This document shows positions 32,112-40,142 of a stretch of 42,044 nucleotides of DNA, in pieces. Position 1 is the first letter of the stretch; each line of letters starts with the position of its first letter. This DNA is from Gammaproteobacteria bacterium (GTDB lineage Bacteria > Pseudomonadota > Gammaproteobacteria > Ga0077536), in assembly GCA_040904625.1 (NCBI GenBank), contig JBBDTC010000105.1, forward strand, positions 1 through 42,044, read 5' to 3'. The position numbers and the translations under genes are program-made. The notes beneath the pieces were generated by a model. The model did not search any database and was not told the origin of the DNA. It was given only the letters and a program-made list of their open reading frames with translations.

Positions 32112-32740
32112 GATGCTGCTCCCTTCTTCCTTCGCCGCGCGCTCTGCTCCAGCTTCGCCACGGCCATGATGGTCGGCTTGATCTCCGCCGGCGCGCTGTC
32201 GTAGCCGCGGCCGGAGCGGCCGTTGAGGCGCGGCAGCAGGGCGCGCGGCACGAGTTCCCAGTTCGAGGGATCGGTGTTCAGCCGGTCGCCGAGGCACTTC
32301 AGGCACATGCCCTCGGGCACCGGGCCGTGCGCCTGCTCCCACAGCCAGCGATGCTTGAGGACGTGGCGGCGCTCGAACCCGGTGTGGGGGTTCGTCTCCT
32401 CGACGCTGATCTCGACATACCCCTCTGTCGAAACCCGCTCGTGGCCGGCGTGTTTCGTGTTGTGCGGCAGCTGGCCCTTCCTGAACCGCGTGGCCGCCGA
32501 GTTCGGATGGAAGGGCATGCGCTTGCCCTTGTTGGCCGGGACAATCCCCTTTGCGAAGCGGCCGTCGCGGCCGGTCAGCCAGCCGTTGCGTTTGCACAAC
32601 GCGATCAGGTTGACGAGCGACACGTCCTCGCGGCCGAACCACGCGACGAAGGCCGCGTGCAGGCGCGAGCGCGGCCAGTCCTGCCGGAGGTAGACGAAGG
32701 CGAGTTCGTCCACGCTGTAGCGGATGTGCGCGCCTCTCAT
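32108..32740 (-). CDS. HNH-family (HNH_3-like) endonuclease homologue
   Basis: VLKHRWLWEQAHGPVPEGMCLKCLGDRLNTDPSNWELV aligns to the HNH_3 pattern, but the usual (D/H)H..GD histidines read CLKCLGD. Confidence 0.5.
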   Translation of the reverse strand: MRGAHIRYSVDELAFVYLRQDWPRSRLHAAFVAWFGREDVSLVNLIALCKRNGWLTGRDGRFAKGIVPANKGKRMPFHPNSAATRFRKGQLPHNTKHAGHERVSTEGYVEISVEETNPHTGFERRHVLKHRWLWEQAHGPVPEGMCLKCLGDRLNTDPSNWELVPRALLPRLNGRSGRGYDSAPAEIKPTIMAVAKLEQSARRRKKGAAS

Positions 32741-32988
32741 TTCGCCGGCTCGCTCTCGGGGCCGCCGAGCATCGGCAGGCGCTTCTCGAACCGGTCGCCG
32801 TGATCGGCGATCAGCTTGCAGGCCTGCAGCTGCAGGCGGGCGTTGTCGACGATCGCGTCGGCCACCTGGACGATGGCGTCGGAGCGCTTGACCTCGCCCT
32901 CGATCTGCTCGGCCGTCAGGTCCTCTTCGGACAGCCTCTCGATCTGCGCGAAAAGATGGTCGTTCAGGTCGCTGAGCCGGTTCTTCAT
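32737..32988 (-). CDS. Hypothetical 83-aa helical protein
   Basis: MKNRLSDLNDHLFAQIERL..., with an ATGA overlap with the gam stop at 32985-32988. Confidence 0.45.
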   Translation of the reverse strand: MKNRLSDLNDHLFAQIERLSEEDLTAEQIEGEVKRSDAIVQVADAIVDNARLQLQACKLIADHGDRFEKRLPMLGGPESEPAK

Positions 32989-33542
32989 GACTTCGCCCCC
33001 TCGATCCCGTCGGGCGAGTACGGCTCGATCACGAAGGCCTCGCCGGCCGAGCCGATCTTCAGCTCCTTCACCCGGGCGGCCGCCTTCGGGTTGTCGAGGA
33101 TCGCCTCCTTGTTCACCTCCTCCTTGACCCGGATGAACTTTCGCAGGCGCAGCGATTTGAAAATGGCGATCAGCTCGTCGACCTTGACCCCGCGCCAGGT
33201 CACCGACGGCGGCGCATCCCGCCATGACACCACGCCTGCGGGGAACGGTACGGTTTTGGACTTGCCGTCCTTCGTCAGCTCGCCCCGGCGACCCTCGCAG
33301 AAAGCCTTCACCCCCTCCGATAGGGCGCCGCGGCGCACGGCCAGCGGCGCCGCCCCCCCCCCCGCCGCCGTTTCGTACTGCTCCTTCACGGCGGCCAGGG
33401 CATCCTTCAGGTCGGCGTCGATGCGCTGCAGCGCGCGGTCGAGCCGGCCGATCTCCGCGATGGTCTCAGACGTCTCCTCCCGGGTCTGCGGGACCGGCAG
33501 GGTCGAGGCCTTCATCTTCACCTTCAGCGCGTGCTTCGCCAT
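32985..33542 (-). CDS. gam: Gam host-nuclease inhibitor (Mu Gam family)
   Basis: Collinear with Mu Gam: ...AEIGRLDRALQRIDADLKDA..., GVKAFCEGRRGELT, VSWRDAPPSVTWRG, LRKFIRVKEEVNKEAIL. Confidence 0.85.
   Translation of the reverse strand: MAKHALKVKMKASTLPVPQTREETSETIAEIGRLDRALQRIDADLKDALAAVKEQYETAAGGGAAPLAVRRGALSEGVKAFCEGRRGELTKDGKSKTVPFPAGVVSWRDAPPSVTWRGVKVDELIAIFKSLRLRKFIRVKEEVNKEAILDNPKAAARVKELKIGSAGEAFVIEPYSPDGIEGAKS
33353..33363. repeat. C11/G11 homopolymer inside gam
   Basis: An uninterrupted run of 11 C on the plus strand (G11 in the mRNA) encodes AAGGGAAP. Confidence 0.9.
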
Positions 33543-33819
33543 TGCGTCTCTCCTTGATGTTGTGGTCGTAGAGTTCCTGGCTGTAGAGGCGGTTGTGGCT
33601 CAGGACGTTGAGAAGTTCGGCCCCGTCGATCGTGGTGCCCTCGACGATGGCGTCCTCGGCGAACGCCGCGATCTCGTCGATTGCCGCGATGGTCGTGAGC
33701 GCGAAGGCGGACAGGGCCTGCAACTCGACGGTCGAGATCAGCACGGTCGCCCAGCGCGACGACACGGCTTTCCGTGCCACCGCGACCGGGTCGACAGTCG
33801 GGCTCGCGCCGCCGCTCAT
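33466..33819 (-). CDS. Hypothetical 117-aa protein (3' end overlaps gam)
   Basis: The start MSGGASPTVD forms an ATGA overlap at 33816-33819. The last approximately 25 codons overlap the gam start and look non-native. Confidence 0.4.
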   Translation of the reverse strand: MSGGASPTVDPVAVARKAVSSRWATVLISTVELQALSAFALTTIAAIDEIAAFAEDAIVEGTTIDGAELLNVLSHNRLYSQELYDHNIKERRNGEARAEGEDEGLDPAGPADPGGDV

Positions 33820-34043
33820 GACTGGCTCCGAACCGGCAGGCGGGCGACCTTGCCGTCCACCAGGTCGGCGTCGGTCACCCGCATGGCGGGCGGCACGACG
33901 CCCGACTCGAGCGCCATCGCCTGGTCGATGCAGTCCACCAGCTGACACCGCATGGCGATGATCTGCAGCCGGGACACCGGCTTGCCGTCCTCCATGCGCT
34001 GCTCCAGCGTTTCGGCGATGCTCATCAGGTCACGACTCAACAT
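33816..34043 (-). CDS. Hypothetical 75-aa protein
   Basis: Complete ORF in the early operon. Confidence 0.45.
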   Translation of the reverse strand: MLSRDLMSIAETLEQRMEDGKPVSRLQIIAMRCQLVDCIDQAMALESGVVPPAMRVTDADLVDGKVARLPVRSQS

Positions 34044-34476
34044 TGTCTGTCTCCTGGCCTTTGGTTTCCGATGTCTGCAGCCGGCTGTGCGGGCAGTCGC
34101 CGCGGCATGTGCGGTACAGCGCCACCCGCATCGACGAGCCGGCCGAGAAGTGCCGCGCGTGGCGCTGGTGGCGCCCGCAGGTGTCGCTGGCGAGTTCGCC
34201 GAGCACCGGGCAATCCACGGTCTCGGCCATGAAAGCGCCCTTCACGGCCTGTTCGACGGCCCCGTAATCGCCCTTGTAGGAGTGCCTGATCACCTGGCTG
34301 ACGACCGACCCCGAGTAGCCGAGTCGCTTGGCGATGCGGGTCTGCGAGCTCTGGTCGGCGGCTTCGGCGAGGCGGACGATCCATTCCGGTATCGCCTCGC
34401 CCCAGGCGGCCCGGGCATTGGCGAGAGAGGCGCCGGTGCCCGATCCCCGATTTTGGCCTGATTTGGGTCCGCGCAT
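34030..34476 (-). CDS. HTH DNA-binding protein with a Cys-rich C-terminus (148 aa)
   Basis: SQTRIAKRLGYSGSVVSQVIR is an HTH, followed by CPVLG...C...C..C.H. The start shares one nucleotide with the upstream stop. Confidence 0.5.
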   Translation of the reverse strand: MRGPKSGQNRGSGTGASLANARAAWGEAIPEWIVRLAEAADQSSQTRIAKRLGYSGSVVSQVIRHSYKGDYGAVEQAVKGAFMAETVDCPVLGELASDTCGRHQRHARHFSAGSSMRVALYRTCRGDCPHSRLQTSETKGQETDNVES

Positions 34477-35129
34477 CACAGCTTGACCTCCCTGACCACG
34501 GCCAGGCCTTGCGTGAAGGCGCGCCGGTTGACGTCGTAGACCAGCCTCAGGTCGCAGAAGCGCGGCGGCAGCGGGCCGGTGTTCATCTCCGGCCGCAGCC
34601 GCCATTCCCGGTCGCCCGAGCGCCGGCCTGGCACGGCGAGCGCCATCAGGTAGCCGGCCTCCTCGAGGCGATCGATGAAGCGCTGAGCGCATTTCTTGGT
34701 GACCGGCACCTCTTCGGTCGAGGCGATGACGGCGAGCTGGCCGGCGGTGAAGCTCCCGGTCATCTTCACCGTGCGCCACAGGCAGGTGCGCCTGGCGTGA
34801 TCGTCCGACGGCCGGCCGATCTCGTCGAACACGACGGGCCACGGGCGCCACGTCAGGTCGTAGATCTTCTCGCCCGTGCCCTCTTTCAGGCCGACCTGCT
34901 GGGCGTGGCCGTGCCGCTGCAGGCGGGCGAGGTAGATCTCCGCCGCGCCGCCGGTGCAGTTGGCGGCCTGGGAAACGTCATCGACGGTGAAGCCGCCGCC
35001 GCGCTTGGCCAGCGGCTCCATGGAAAGCCAGATTTCCTCGCAGCCCGGCTCCATGACCGCGTCGACGGTCTGGCGGTGCGGATCGTAGCTCGAGGTGGCG
35101 GGGGAGGGTCTGAGGTTGGCGGCCATCAT
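34476..35129 (-). CDS. Hypothetical early protein (217 aa)
   Basis: ATGA overlap with the stop of the transposase B gene. Confidence 0.5.
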   Translation of the reverse strand: MMAANLRPSPATSSYDPHRQTVDAVMEPGCEEIWLSMEPLAKRGGGFTVDDVSQAANCTGGAAEIYLARLQRHGHAQQVGLKEGTGEKIYDLTWRPWPVVFDEIGRPSDDHARRTCLWRTVKMTGSFTAGQLAVIASTEEVPVTKKCAQRFIDRLEEAGYLMALAVPGRRSGDREWRLRPEMNTGPLPPRFCDLRLVYDVNRRAFTQGLAVVREVKL

Positions 35130-35917
35130 GCGACCCTCCCACTTGCGGCCGATCGGGCACTGCGGGCGCGCGCCGAGGACGGCAGCCGCCGCGGCGTGGG
35201 CACGCCGGTGTAGACCTCCGCCTGGCCCCAGTCGCGCAAGGCCAGGCGCGACACGCCCTTGACGATCCCCGCCTCGCGCGCCGACGCCAGGTTGGCGACC
35301 ACGCGCCGGGTGCAGCCGTCCGTCTGGTCGATGATGTACTCCAGCAGATCGTCCGCGATCTCCACTCCGGCCGCGTAAAGCGTCACCAGGTGGCGGGCGT
35401 CGGCGAGGTTCGTCGGCTGCGCCGGCACCCAGTCGAGCACGCGGTTGTGCGCCCGTTCAAACGGCATCAGTTTCGCGGAAAGCTTCTCCTCGCCGATGAG
35501 AACGATGGGAGAGCCTGACTTGTCGGCGACCTCCCGGACGATATCGATCTTGCGTTTGCCGACCAGGTGATCGGCCTCGTCGATGATCAGCGGCCGGCCG
35601 TCGTCGGCCAAGATGCGGATGATCTCGGTCACCTTGCCGGCGATCGAGCCCCTGAGGGCTTGCCCGGTCAGCTCGTGATAAATGGCGTCGACCAGCGTCG
35701 AGGCGTTCCAGGAGGCGCCGCATTCGACGTAGTAGGCGCCCGAGCGGTTGGCGCCGTACACTGCCGAGCAGGTCTTGCCGTAGCCCGACGGCCCGTAGAA
35801 GCACCCGATGTTGAGTGTCGGGCTGGGCCGGTTCTGCATGCGCTCGACGAGCTGCATGAACAGCGCCACATTGCGCAGCGGCGCCGTCGTGTTGACGTGC
35901 GATCCTTTGGCTGTCAT
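35126..35917 (-). CDS. Transposition ATPase (MuB-like AAA+)
   Basis: Walker A GPSGYGKT and Walker B LIIDEADH, with a GGGGGA Shine-Dalgarno sequence. It lies directly downstream of the transposase gene. Confidence 0.8.
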   Translation of the reverse strand: MTAKGSHVNTTAPLRNVALFMQLVERMQNRPSPTLNIGCFYGPSGYGKTCSAVYGANRSGAYYVECGASWNASTLVDAIYHELTGQALRGSIAGKVTEIIRILADDGRPLIIDEADHLVGKRKIDIVREVADKSGSPIVLIGEEKLSAKLMPFERAHNRVLDWVPAQPTNLADARHLVTLYAAGVEIADDLLEYIIDQTDGCTRRVVANLASAREAGIVKGVSRLALRDWGQAEVYTGVPTPRRLPSSARARSARSAASGRVA

Positions 35918-35992
35918 TCTTTCCCCCTTGCTGGTTGGTCAGTTCAATCGGCACTCAGGGGCCCGCACGCCGCTCGATCCGGCGGGCGGGCC

Positions 35993-38182
35993 TTACTCGT
36001 TCAGCGATGCCTCTCCGAAGTCGGCGAGCATTGCTGCCCGGGCCCGGAACTCCGGGCTCGTCTCGTAGCCGCCGAGCCACAGCGCCTGGTCGGCCGGAAC
36101 ATCCGCCCCGCCATCGATTGCTGCGCGCAGCTCCAGCGCCCGCCGGAACCGCTGCGTGGCGGTCTCCGGCAGCGGCACGACATTTGCGGTGCTTCCCTCC
36201 CGCTCCGTAGCGCTCCCTCCCCCCTCTTGGGGGAGGGCCGGGGAGGGGGCCGCGGGCGGGCCGGATGTCGCATCCCCCGCAGCATCGAGATCGCGCGTCG
36301 TGTAGCCTGTCGATCGCTGCGGAAACTGGGCCAGGTTGGCCTGCTTGTCCCGGGCGAGCCCGAGCACCCCGTCGATCATGTCGCGCGGCTTGATCCTGGC
36401 TGCCTCGCGCCGGATCTCGGCCGTGCCCGACCGGATCAGGTCGGCTTGGGCCTCGCGGGCCGCCTGGACGGCGGCGCGCGGATCGATGCCGGCGCGCTCC
36501 GAGCAGATCGCTTCGCCCAGGAACGCGCCGGTCTCCCCCTCGAACGCATAGAGCGTGCCGTAATCCTCCGGGTCCTGGCGGCAGAACACGCGCGTGCCGG
36601 GCATGATCTCGGGCGCCAGATAGTAGGCACCGTCGAGCCGGATGCCCTGCTTGGTCACCGTGCGATAGCCATCCGAGCCCGCGACGGGTGCCAGCAGTAG
36701 ATCGAGCGCATGCTGGTTCTCGATCCGGCGCACCGCGCCCGTATGCGAGGCGAGCCGCTGGAACGGGCTCTGCCCGGCCAGGCCGCCGTGCGCGCGGTGC
36801 TGGTACTTGTCGGTGCACCAGTCGTCGATCGCCGCCTGCAGCTCGCCCGCCGTCAGGTCGACGCAGAAGGCCTTGTCGGCGCTCTCGCCCAGCCGGGCGG
36901 CGAACGCCTTGCGCCCTTCGATCTGCTTGCGCTCGGCCACGTTGTGCCCGATGAAGCCCGGCAGTAGCGGCATGAGGCCGTGCTGCATCGTGTGGATATG
37001 CCGCTCGACCAGCCCCTTCTGCTCCGGCGAGAAGGGCGCGGTCACGTCCTGCCGGATGCCGAGGCTGATGAGCGCCCGGACGAAATGGTGGCTGGTGAAG
37101 TCCGAGCCGTTGTCGGTGCGCAGGGTTTCCGGCACGCCCCAGGCGAGAATTGCCCGCCGGGTCAGCAGGAGTGCCGCTTCGGTGCGCGCCGTGCGGCTGA
37201 TGTAGCCCATCATCCGGCGCGACCACACGTCGACCACCACGTAAAGATTGAACCGGCCGTCGGCGCACAGCACGTCGGCCGGCGAGGCGTCGATCTCCCA
37301 CAGCTGGTTGAGCCGGTTGACGAAGGCGTAAGCGTTGCTGCCGGACAGCCGTTTGCTGCCCTTGAAGGCGTCGGGGTCGGTCAGCGCCTGCAGCGCCACG
37401 CCGTTCTTCGACTTCCAGTCGCAGATCCACCGCTGGAAGGCGCGCGGGGATGGCAGCGGCTTGGCGCCGGACGGCGTCGCGAGTTCGGCCCCGAAGCGGG
37501 CCTCGATTAGGTCGCGCACGTGGTGGGCAGTCAGGAACGGCTGCTTGACCAGCAGCCCGCCGATGTAGCGCGCCACGGCGCCGTCCTCGGCGGTCTGCAG
37601 CACGCAGGCGCGCGCCCGGCGGGCATAGCCGGTGGCCACATCGTGCCAGCGCCCGTCGTCGCGCATGGAACGCCAGCGGGCGAGCGACCGTCGCGAGGCA
37701 TAGGCGACCTCGCGCCTGACCCACTCGGGCGTTTCGATCCGGCCGGCGTTGTAGGCGGCTGCGAAGCCCTCGTCGGCGCCGCGCGTGCCGAGCGCCCGGT
37801 TGGCGGCATAATGGGCGTCCGCCAGCGACAGCAGCATCAGGCGGGCATCGCGCCGCAACACGTCGCGCTCTTTCAATTCGTGGGGGCTCGGCTCCCCTCC
37901 CCCTCGCGGGGAGGGGCCGGGGGTGGGGGGCAGGGCAGGGGCAGTCGCCGCCTTCAGCACCCTGGCCTTGAGTTCCGACCGCGCCGCCGGCGGCAGCAGG
38001 GAGACATGGTACTCCGCCCCGCCGCCGCGCCCCTTGCGCGCCCGCGCCAGCGGTTCTCCGAGAGGTGACAGCCGCGTCGCCCAAACCTCTTCCTGGGCCA
38101 GATCGTTCACCCGGCGCTTGCTCGTCGGCAGGCCCGGCAGCCGCGCGTCGGCGATCTCCTGGGCCGTCATCCACTCGCTCAT
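35993..38182 (-). CDS. DDE transposase (MuA-like, 729 aa)
   Basis: N-terminal Mu-type winged helix (WMTAQEIADARLPGLPTSKRRV) and an rve core with WEIDASPADV, TDNGSDFTS and GLVERH. Confidence 0.85.
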   Translation of the reverse strand: MSEWMTAQEIADARLPGLPTSKRRVNDLAQEEVWATRLSPLGEPLARARKGRGGGAEYHVSLLPPAARSELKARVLKAATAPALPPTPGPSPRGGGEPSPHELKERDVLRRDARLMLLSLADAHYAANRALGTRGADEGFAAAYNAGRIETPEWVRREVAYASRRSLARWRSMRDDGRWHDVATGYARRARACVLQTAEDGAVARYIGGLLVKQPFLTAHHVRDLIEARFGAELATPSGAKPLPSPRAFQRWICDWKSKNGVALQALTDPDAFKGSKRLSGSNAYAFVNRLNQLWEIDASPADVLCADGRFNLYVVVDVWSRRMMGYISRTARTEAALLLTRRAILAWGVPETLRTDNGSDFTSHHFVRALISLGIRQDVTAPFSPEQKGLVERHIHTMQHGLMPLLPGFIGHNVAERKQIEGRKAFAARLGESADKAFCVDLTAGELQAAIDDWCTDKYQHRAHGGLAGQSPFQRLASHTGAVRRIENQHALDLLLAPVAGSDGYRTVTKQGIRLDGAYYLAPEIMPGTRVFCRQDPEDYGTLYAFEGETGAFLGEAICSERAGIDPRAAVQAAREAQADLIRSGTAEIRREAARIKPRDMIDGVLGLARDKQANLAQFPQRSTGYTTRDLDAAGDATSGPPAAPSPALPQEGGGSATEREGSTANVVPLPETATQRFRRALELRAAIDGGADVPADQALWLGGYETSPEFRARAAMLADFGEASLNE
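36209..36249 (+). repeat. GC-rich hairpin element, copy in the transposase C-terminal region
   Basis: AGCGCTCCCTCCCCCCTCTTGGGGGAGGGCCGGGGAGGGGG. The first 16 nt are identical to the endolysin copy. It is read as PSPALPQEGGGSA, a different frame from the other copies. Confidence 0.8.
37891..37930 (+). repeat. GC-rich hairpin element, copy in the transposase N-terminal linker
   Basis: GCTCCCCTCCCCCTCGCGGGGAGGGGCCGGGGGTGGGGGG, read as PPTPGPSPRGGGEP around residue 90. Confidence 0.75.
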
Positions 38183-38505
38183 GGCTGGGGGGCCCGCGCC
38201 TGCAGCGCGACGGCGATCCGCTCGTCGATCAGTTCGACGAGTACCGCAATGATGTTGCCGTGCGACCGCGCGGGAGACCGGAACCGCGCCGGCAATCCGC
38301 CTGATCTCGCCTGCTGCGCAAAACGGTTGAACGCTGTCCGTGAGACCGGTCGGAATCCCAGCTCCGCCAGCCCGAAATTGAAGCCCGCCAGGATCGAGCG
38401 CTGAGGCAAACGCCGCTCCGTAAGCATGTCCGCGGCCCAGCGGATCACCTCGTCCGCTTCGGGCGGCATCCGCTCGATGGCTGAAAGTCTTCCGCGCTTA
38501 GCCAT
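38179..38505 (-). CDS. Truncated paralogue of the gp27/DUF3486 small terminase N-terminal domain (108 aa)
   Basis: MAKRGRLSAIERMPPEADEVIRWAADMLTERRLPQRSILAGFN...SRTAFNRFA aligns with MARRGRGRLSAIDRLPEWADE...LPQLEILEAFN...SRSAFNRSA of 24750-25346. It has an ATGA overlap with the transposase start. Confidence 0.6.
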   Translation of the reverse strand: MAKRGRLSAIERMPPEADEVIRWAADMLTERRLPQRSILAGFNFGLAELGFRPVSRTAFNRFAQQARSGGLPARFRSPARSHGNIIAVLVELIDERIAVALQARAPQP

Positions 38506-39361
38506 CGCTGGGCCTGCCCAGCTGCTTGTGCGCCCGGAGGTATTCGATGAACTGCCGCTGCGCCTTGCGCGGCGCCAAATGCCAGGCCCTGACCAGCTTG
38601 TTGTAGCCCTTCTGGTCCGGCGTTTGCGGGTCGACCCAGTCGTCGAGGACATGGAGGGCGTCATGGACCTTCCGCGCCTTTGGCTCGCTCGTGCCGGAGT
38701 CCGGCGCCAGCAGTAGCTCGAGGATCGCCTTCTGACGCTCGCTCGACAGCTTCGAGAGGCGCACCAGCTCTGCCTGGTTGTGGGCGAGCGGCGTGCCGCC
38801 GATCATTTCGCGGGCCTCGGGCGAAAGCCCCTCATACAGCCGCACCGCCGCCTCGAAGGTGCGAGGCGAAAATCCTGTCTTTGCGGCGATCTCGGATCGA
38901 AGCGAAAACATTTCGCTTTGATCCTCGCGGCTGTCGCGAAACTCCTTGCTCTTGCGGTCGCCGCCGCGTTGCCACTCTGGATGGAGCTGCCGGTGGATCG
39001 CCTTCCACTCCGCCAGGTGCGCAGCGCGGTCGAGCGCCGACAGCTCGCGCCGGCCGACGTTTTCGCTGATCTCTTCCTGGCGAGCTTCCACCTCGGGCTG
39101 ATCGGTCTCCAGCTCGACGATCCGGGCATGGATGGCCGTCCAGCCCAGTTTTTTCGCCACCTCCAGCCGGTGCGCGCCGGTGTTCAGGCGATAGGCCGTC
39201 GGGCAGCCGGGAAAGTTTTGGATCAGCTGAACCGGCGCCTGCAGGCCGGTCTTGCCCATCAGCTCGGCCATGGCCTCCACCCAGTCTGCATCCACCTGAC
39301 GCAGCCGGTCGGAAACCGTGATGTCGGCGATTGCTATCTCATCGAAGCGGACGAACTTCAT
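38498..39361 (-). CDS. ParB-like nuclease-domain protein (287 aa)
   Basis: IADITVSDRLRQVD...YRLNTGAHRLEVAKKLGW is a ParB/Srx-type N-terminal domain. Confidence 0.6.
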   Translation of the reverse strand: MKFVRFDEIAIADITVSDRLRQVDADWVEAMAELMGKTGLQAPVQLIQNFPGCPTAYRLNTGAHRLEVAKKLGWTAIHARIVELETDQPEVEARQEEISENVGRRELSALDRAAHLAEWKAIHRQLHPEWQRGGDRKSKEFRDSREDQSEMFSLRSEIAAKTGFSPRTFEAAVRLYEGLSPEAREMIGGTPLAHNQAELVRLSKLSSERQKAILELLLAPDSGTSEPKARKVHDALHVLDDWVDPQTPDQKGYNKLVRAWHLAPRKAQRQFIEYLRAHKQLGRPSDG

Positions 39362-39576
39362 CGCTCCGCCTCCGTCGCCGTGCCGTCATAGCCGACTGCA
39401 TCGGCGATCGCGCCGCGCAGGAACGCCGCCGTCGTCTGGCCGCTGCGCAGGGCGGCCCGGTGCACCGCGTCGATCAGCGGTGCGCTGGCATGGAACGCCA
39501 GGCGGTCGTGGCCGGTCATTGGTCCGCGCGCCGGGTGCTCCGGCAAGCGGTTGAGGCGCTGGACAGTTTCGCTCAC
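39358..39576 (-). CDS. Ribbon-helix-helix-like small protein (72 aa)
   Basis: RLAFHASAPLIDAVHRAALRSGQTTAAFLRGAI is a beta-alpha-alpha pattern. It has a GTG start. Confidence 0.45.
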   Translation of the reverse strand: MSETVQRLNRLPEHPARGPMTGHDRLAFHASAPLIDAVHRAALRSGQTTAAFLRGAIADAVGYDGTATEAER

Positions 39577-39577
39577 G

Positions 39578-39697
39578 TCACCAGGCCCCCAGCAGCCGGG
39601 CGATCTCCGCGCCCAGGGCCAGCTCGGCCGCGATCAGCGTCGCGGCGACCAGGACCAGAGTCTCTCTTCGTTCTCGTCGGCGGTGTGCATAACCCAT
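39578..39697 (-). CDS. 39-aa micro-ORF with a hydrophobic helix
   Basis: MGYAHRRRERRETLVLVAATLIAAELALGAEIARLLGAW, with a GAGGGGG Shine-Dalgarno sequence upstream. It fills the gap between ner and the next gene. Confidence 0.3.
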   Translation of the reverse strand: MGYAHRRRERRETLVLVAATLIAAELALGAEIARLLGAW

Positions 39698-39720
39698 GGA
39701 AAACCCCCTCGCGTCCGATT

Positions 39721-40017
39721 TCAGGCCGCGTTAACTGACTCGCCTGCCTCGGTTTTTCTGTTAGAGTTCGCGCGGACGGTGGGGATGAGCTTGCCGTCGC
39801 GGTCGTACCAGCTCGGCCAAAGCTCTTGCAGGGGCAGACCGAGGAACTGGGCAATGGCGCGGTTTGCGCCGGGTATGGGTCTTTTGAGCGCCCAGCGCAG
39901 GGTTGCGGGCCGGTAGCCGGCAGCTTGCGCGAGGGAGGCTAGTGTCTGCCCTCGGCGGTGGATTTCCGCCTTGATGGCATGCACGTCCCAGACCTTTGTC
40001 GACGACGGTTGTCTCAT
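39721..40017 (-). CDS. ner: Ner-like DNA-binding protein (Nlp/Ner family)
   Basis: WDVHAIKAEIHRRGQTLASLAQAAGYRPATLRWALKRPIPGANRAIAQFLGLPLQELWPSWY matches the Ner pattern. Start at the internal ATG at 40015-40017 with a GGAGGGG Shine-Dalgarno sequence. Confidence 0.8.
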   Translation of the reverse strand: MRQPSSTKVWDVHAIKAEIHRRGQTLASLAQAAGYRPATLRWALKRPIPGANRAIAQFLGLPLQELWPSWYDRDGKLIPTVRANSNRKTEAGESVNAA

Positions 40018-40030
40018 CCCCTCCGCCTTT

Positions 40031-40120
40031 CGGTTCGTGCTGCCGATCACGGTTGTGATCGCCGAATCACGAACGTGGTAAGTTAGGCATACGTTCGTGA
40101 CCGCGTCAAGGGCAATCACG
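40031..40120. promoter_or_regulatory. Divergent c/ner operator-promoter region
   Basis: GTTCGTG (40033-40039), TCACGAAC (40067-40074) and GTTCGTGA (40093-40100); inner dyad GATCAC/GTGATC (40045-40060); AATCACG at 40065 and 40114. Confidence 0.6.
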
Positions 40121-40142
40121 GCGCCGCACCGGGGGGAGTGGC

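Noticed and set aside
35955-38174. 739-aa ORF on the minus strand overlapping the transposase gene in another frame
   Set aside because: It is extremely Arg/Gly/Pro/Ala-rich with no recognisable motifs. It is a typical high-GC shadow ORF of the real DDE transposase frame (35993-38182).
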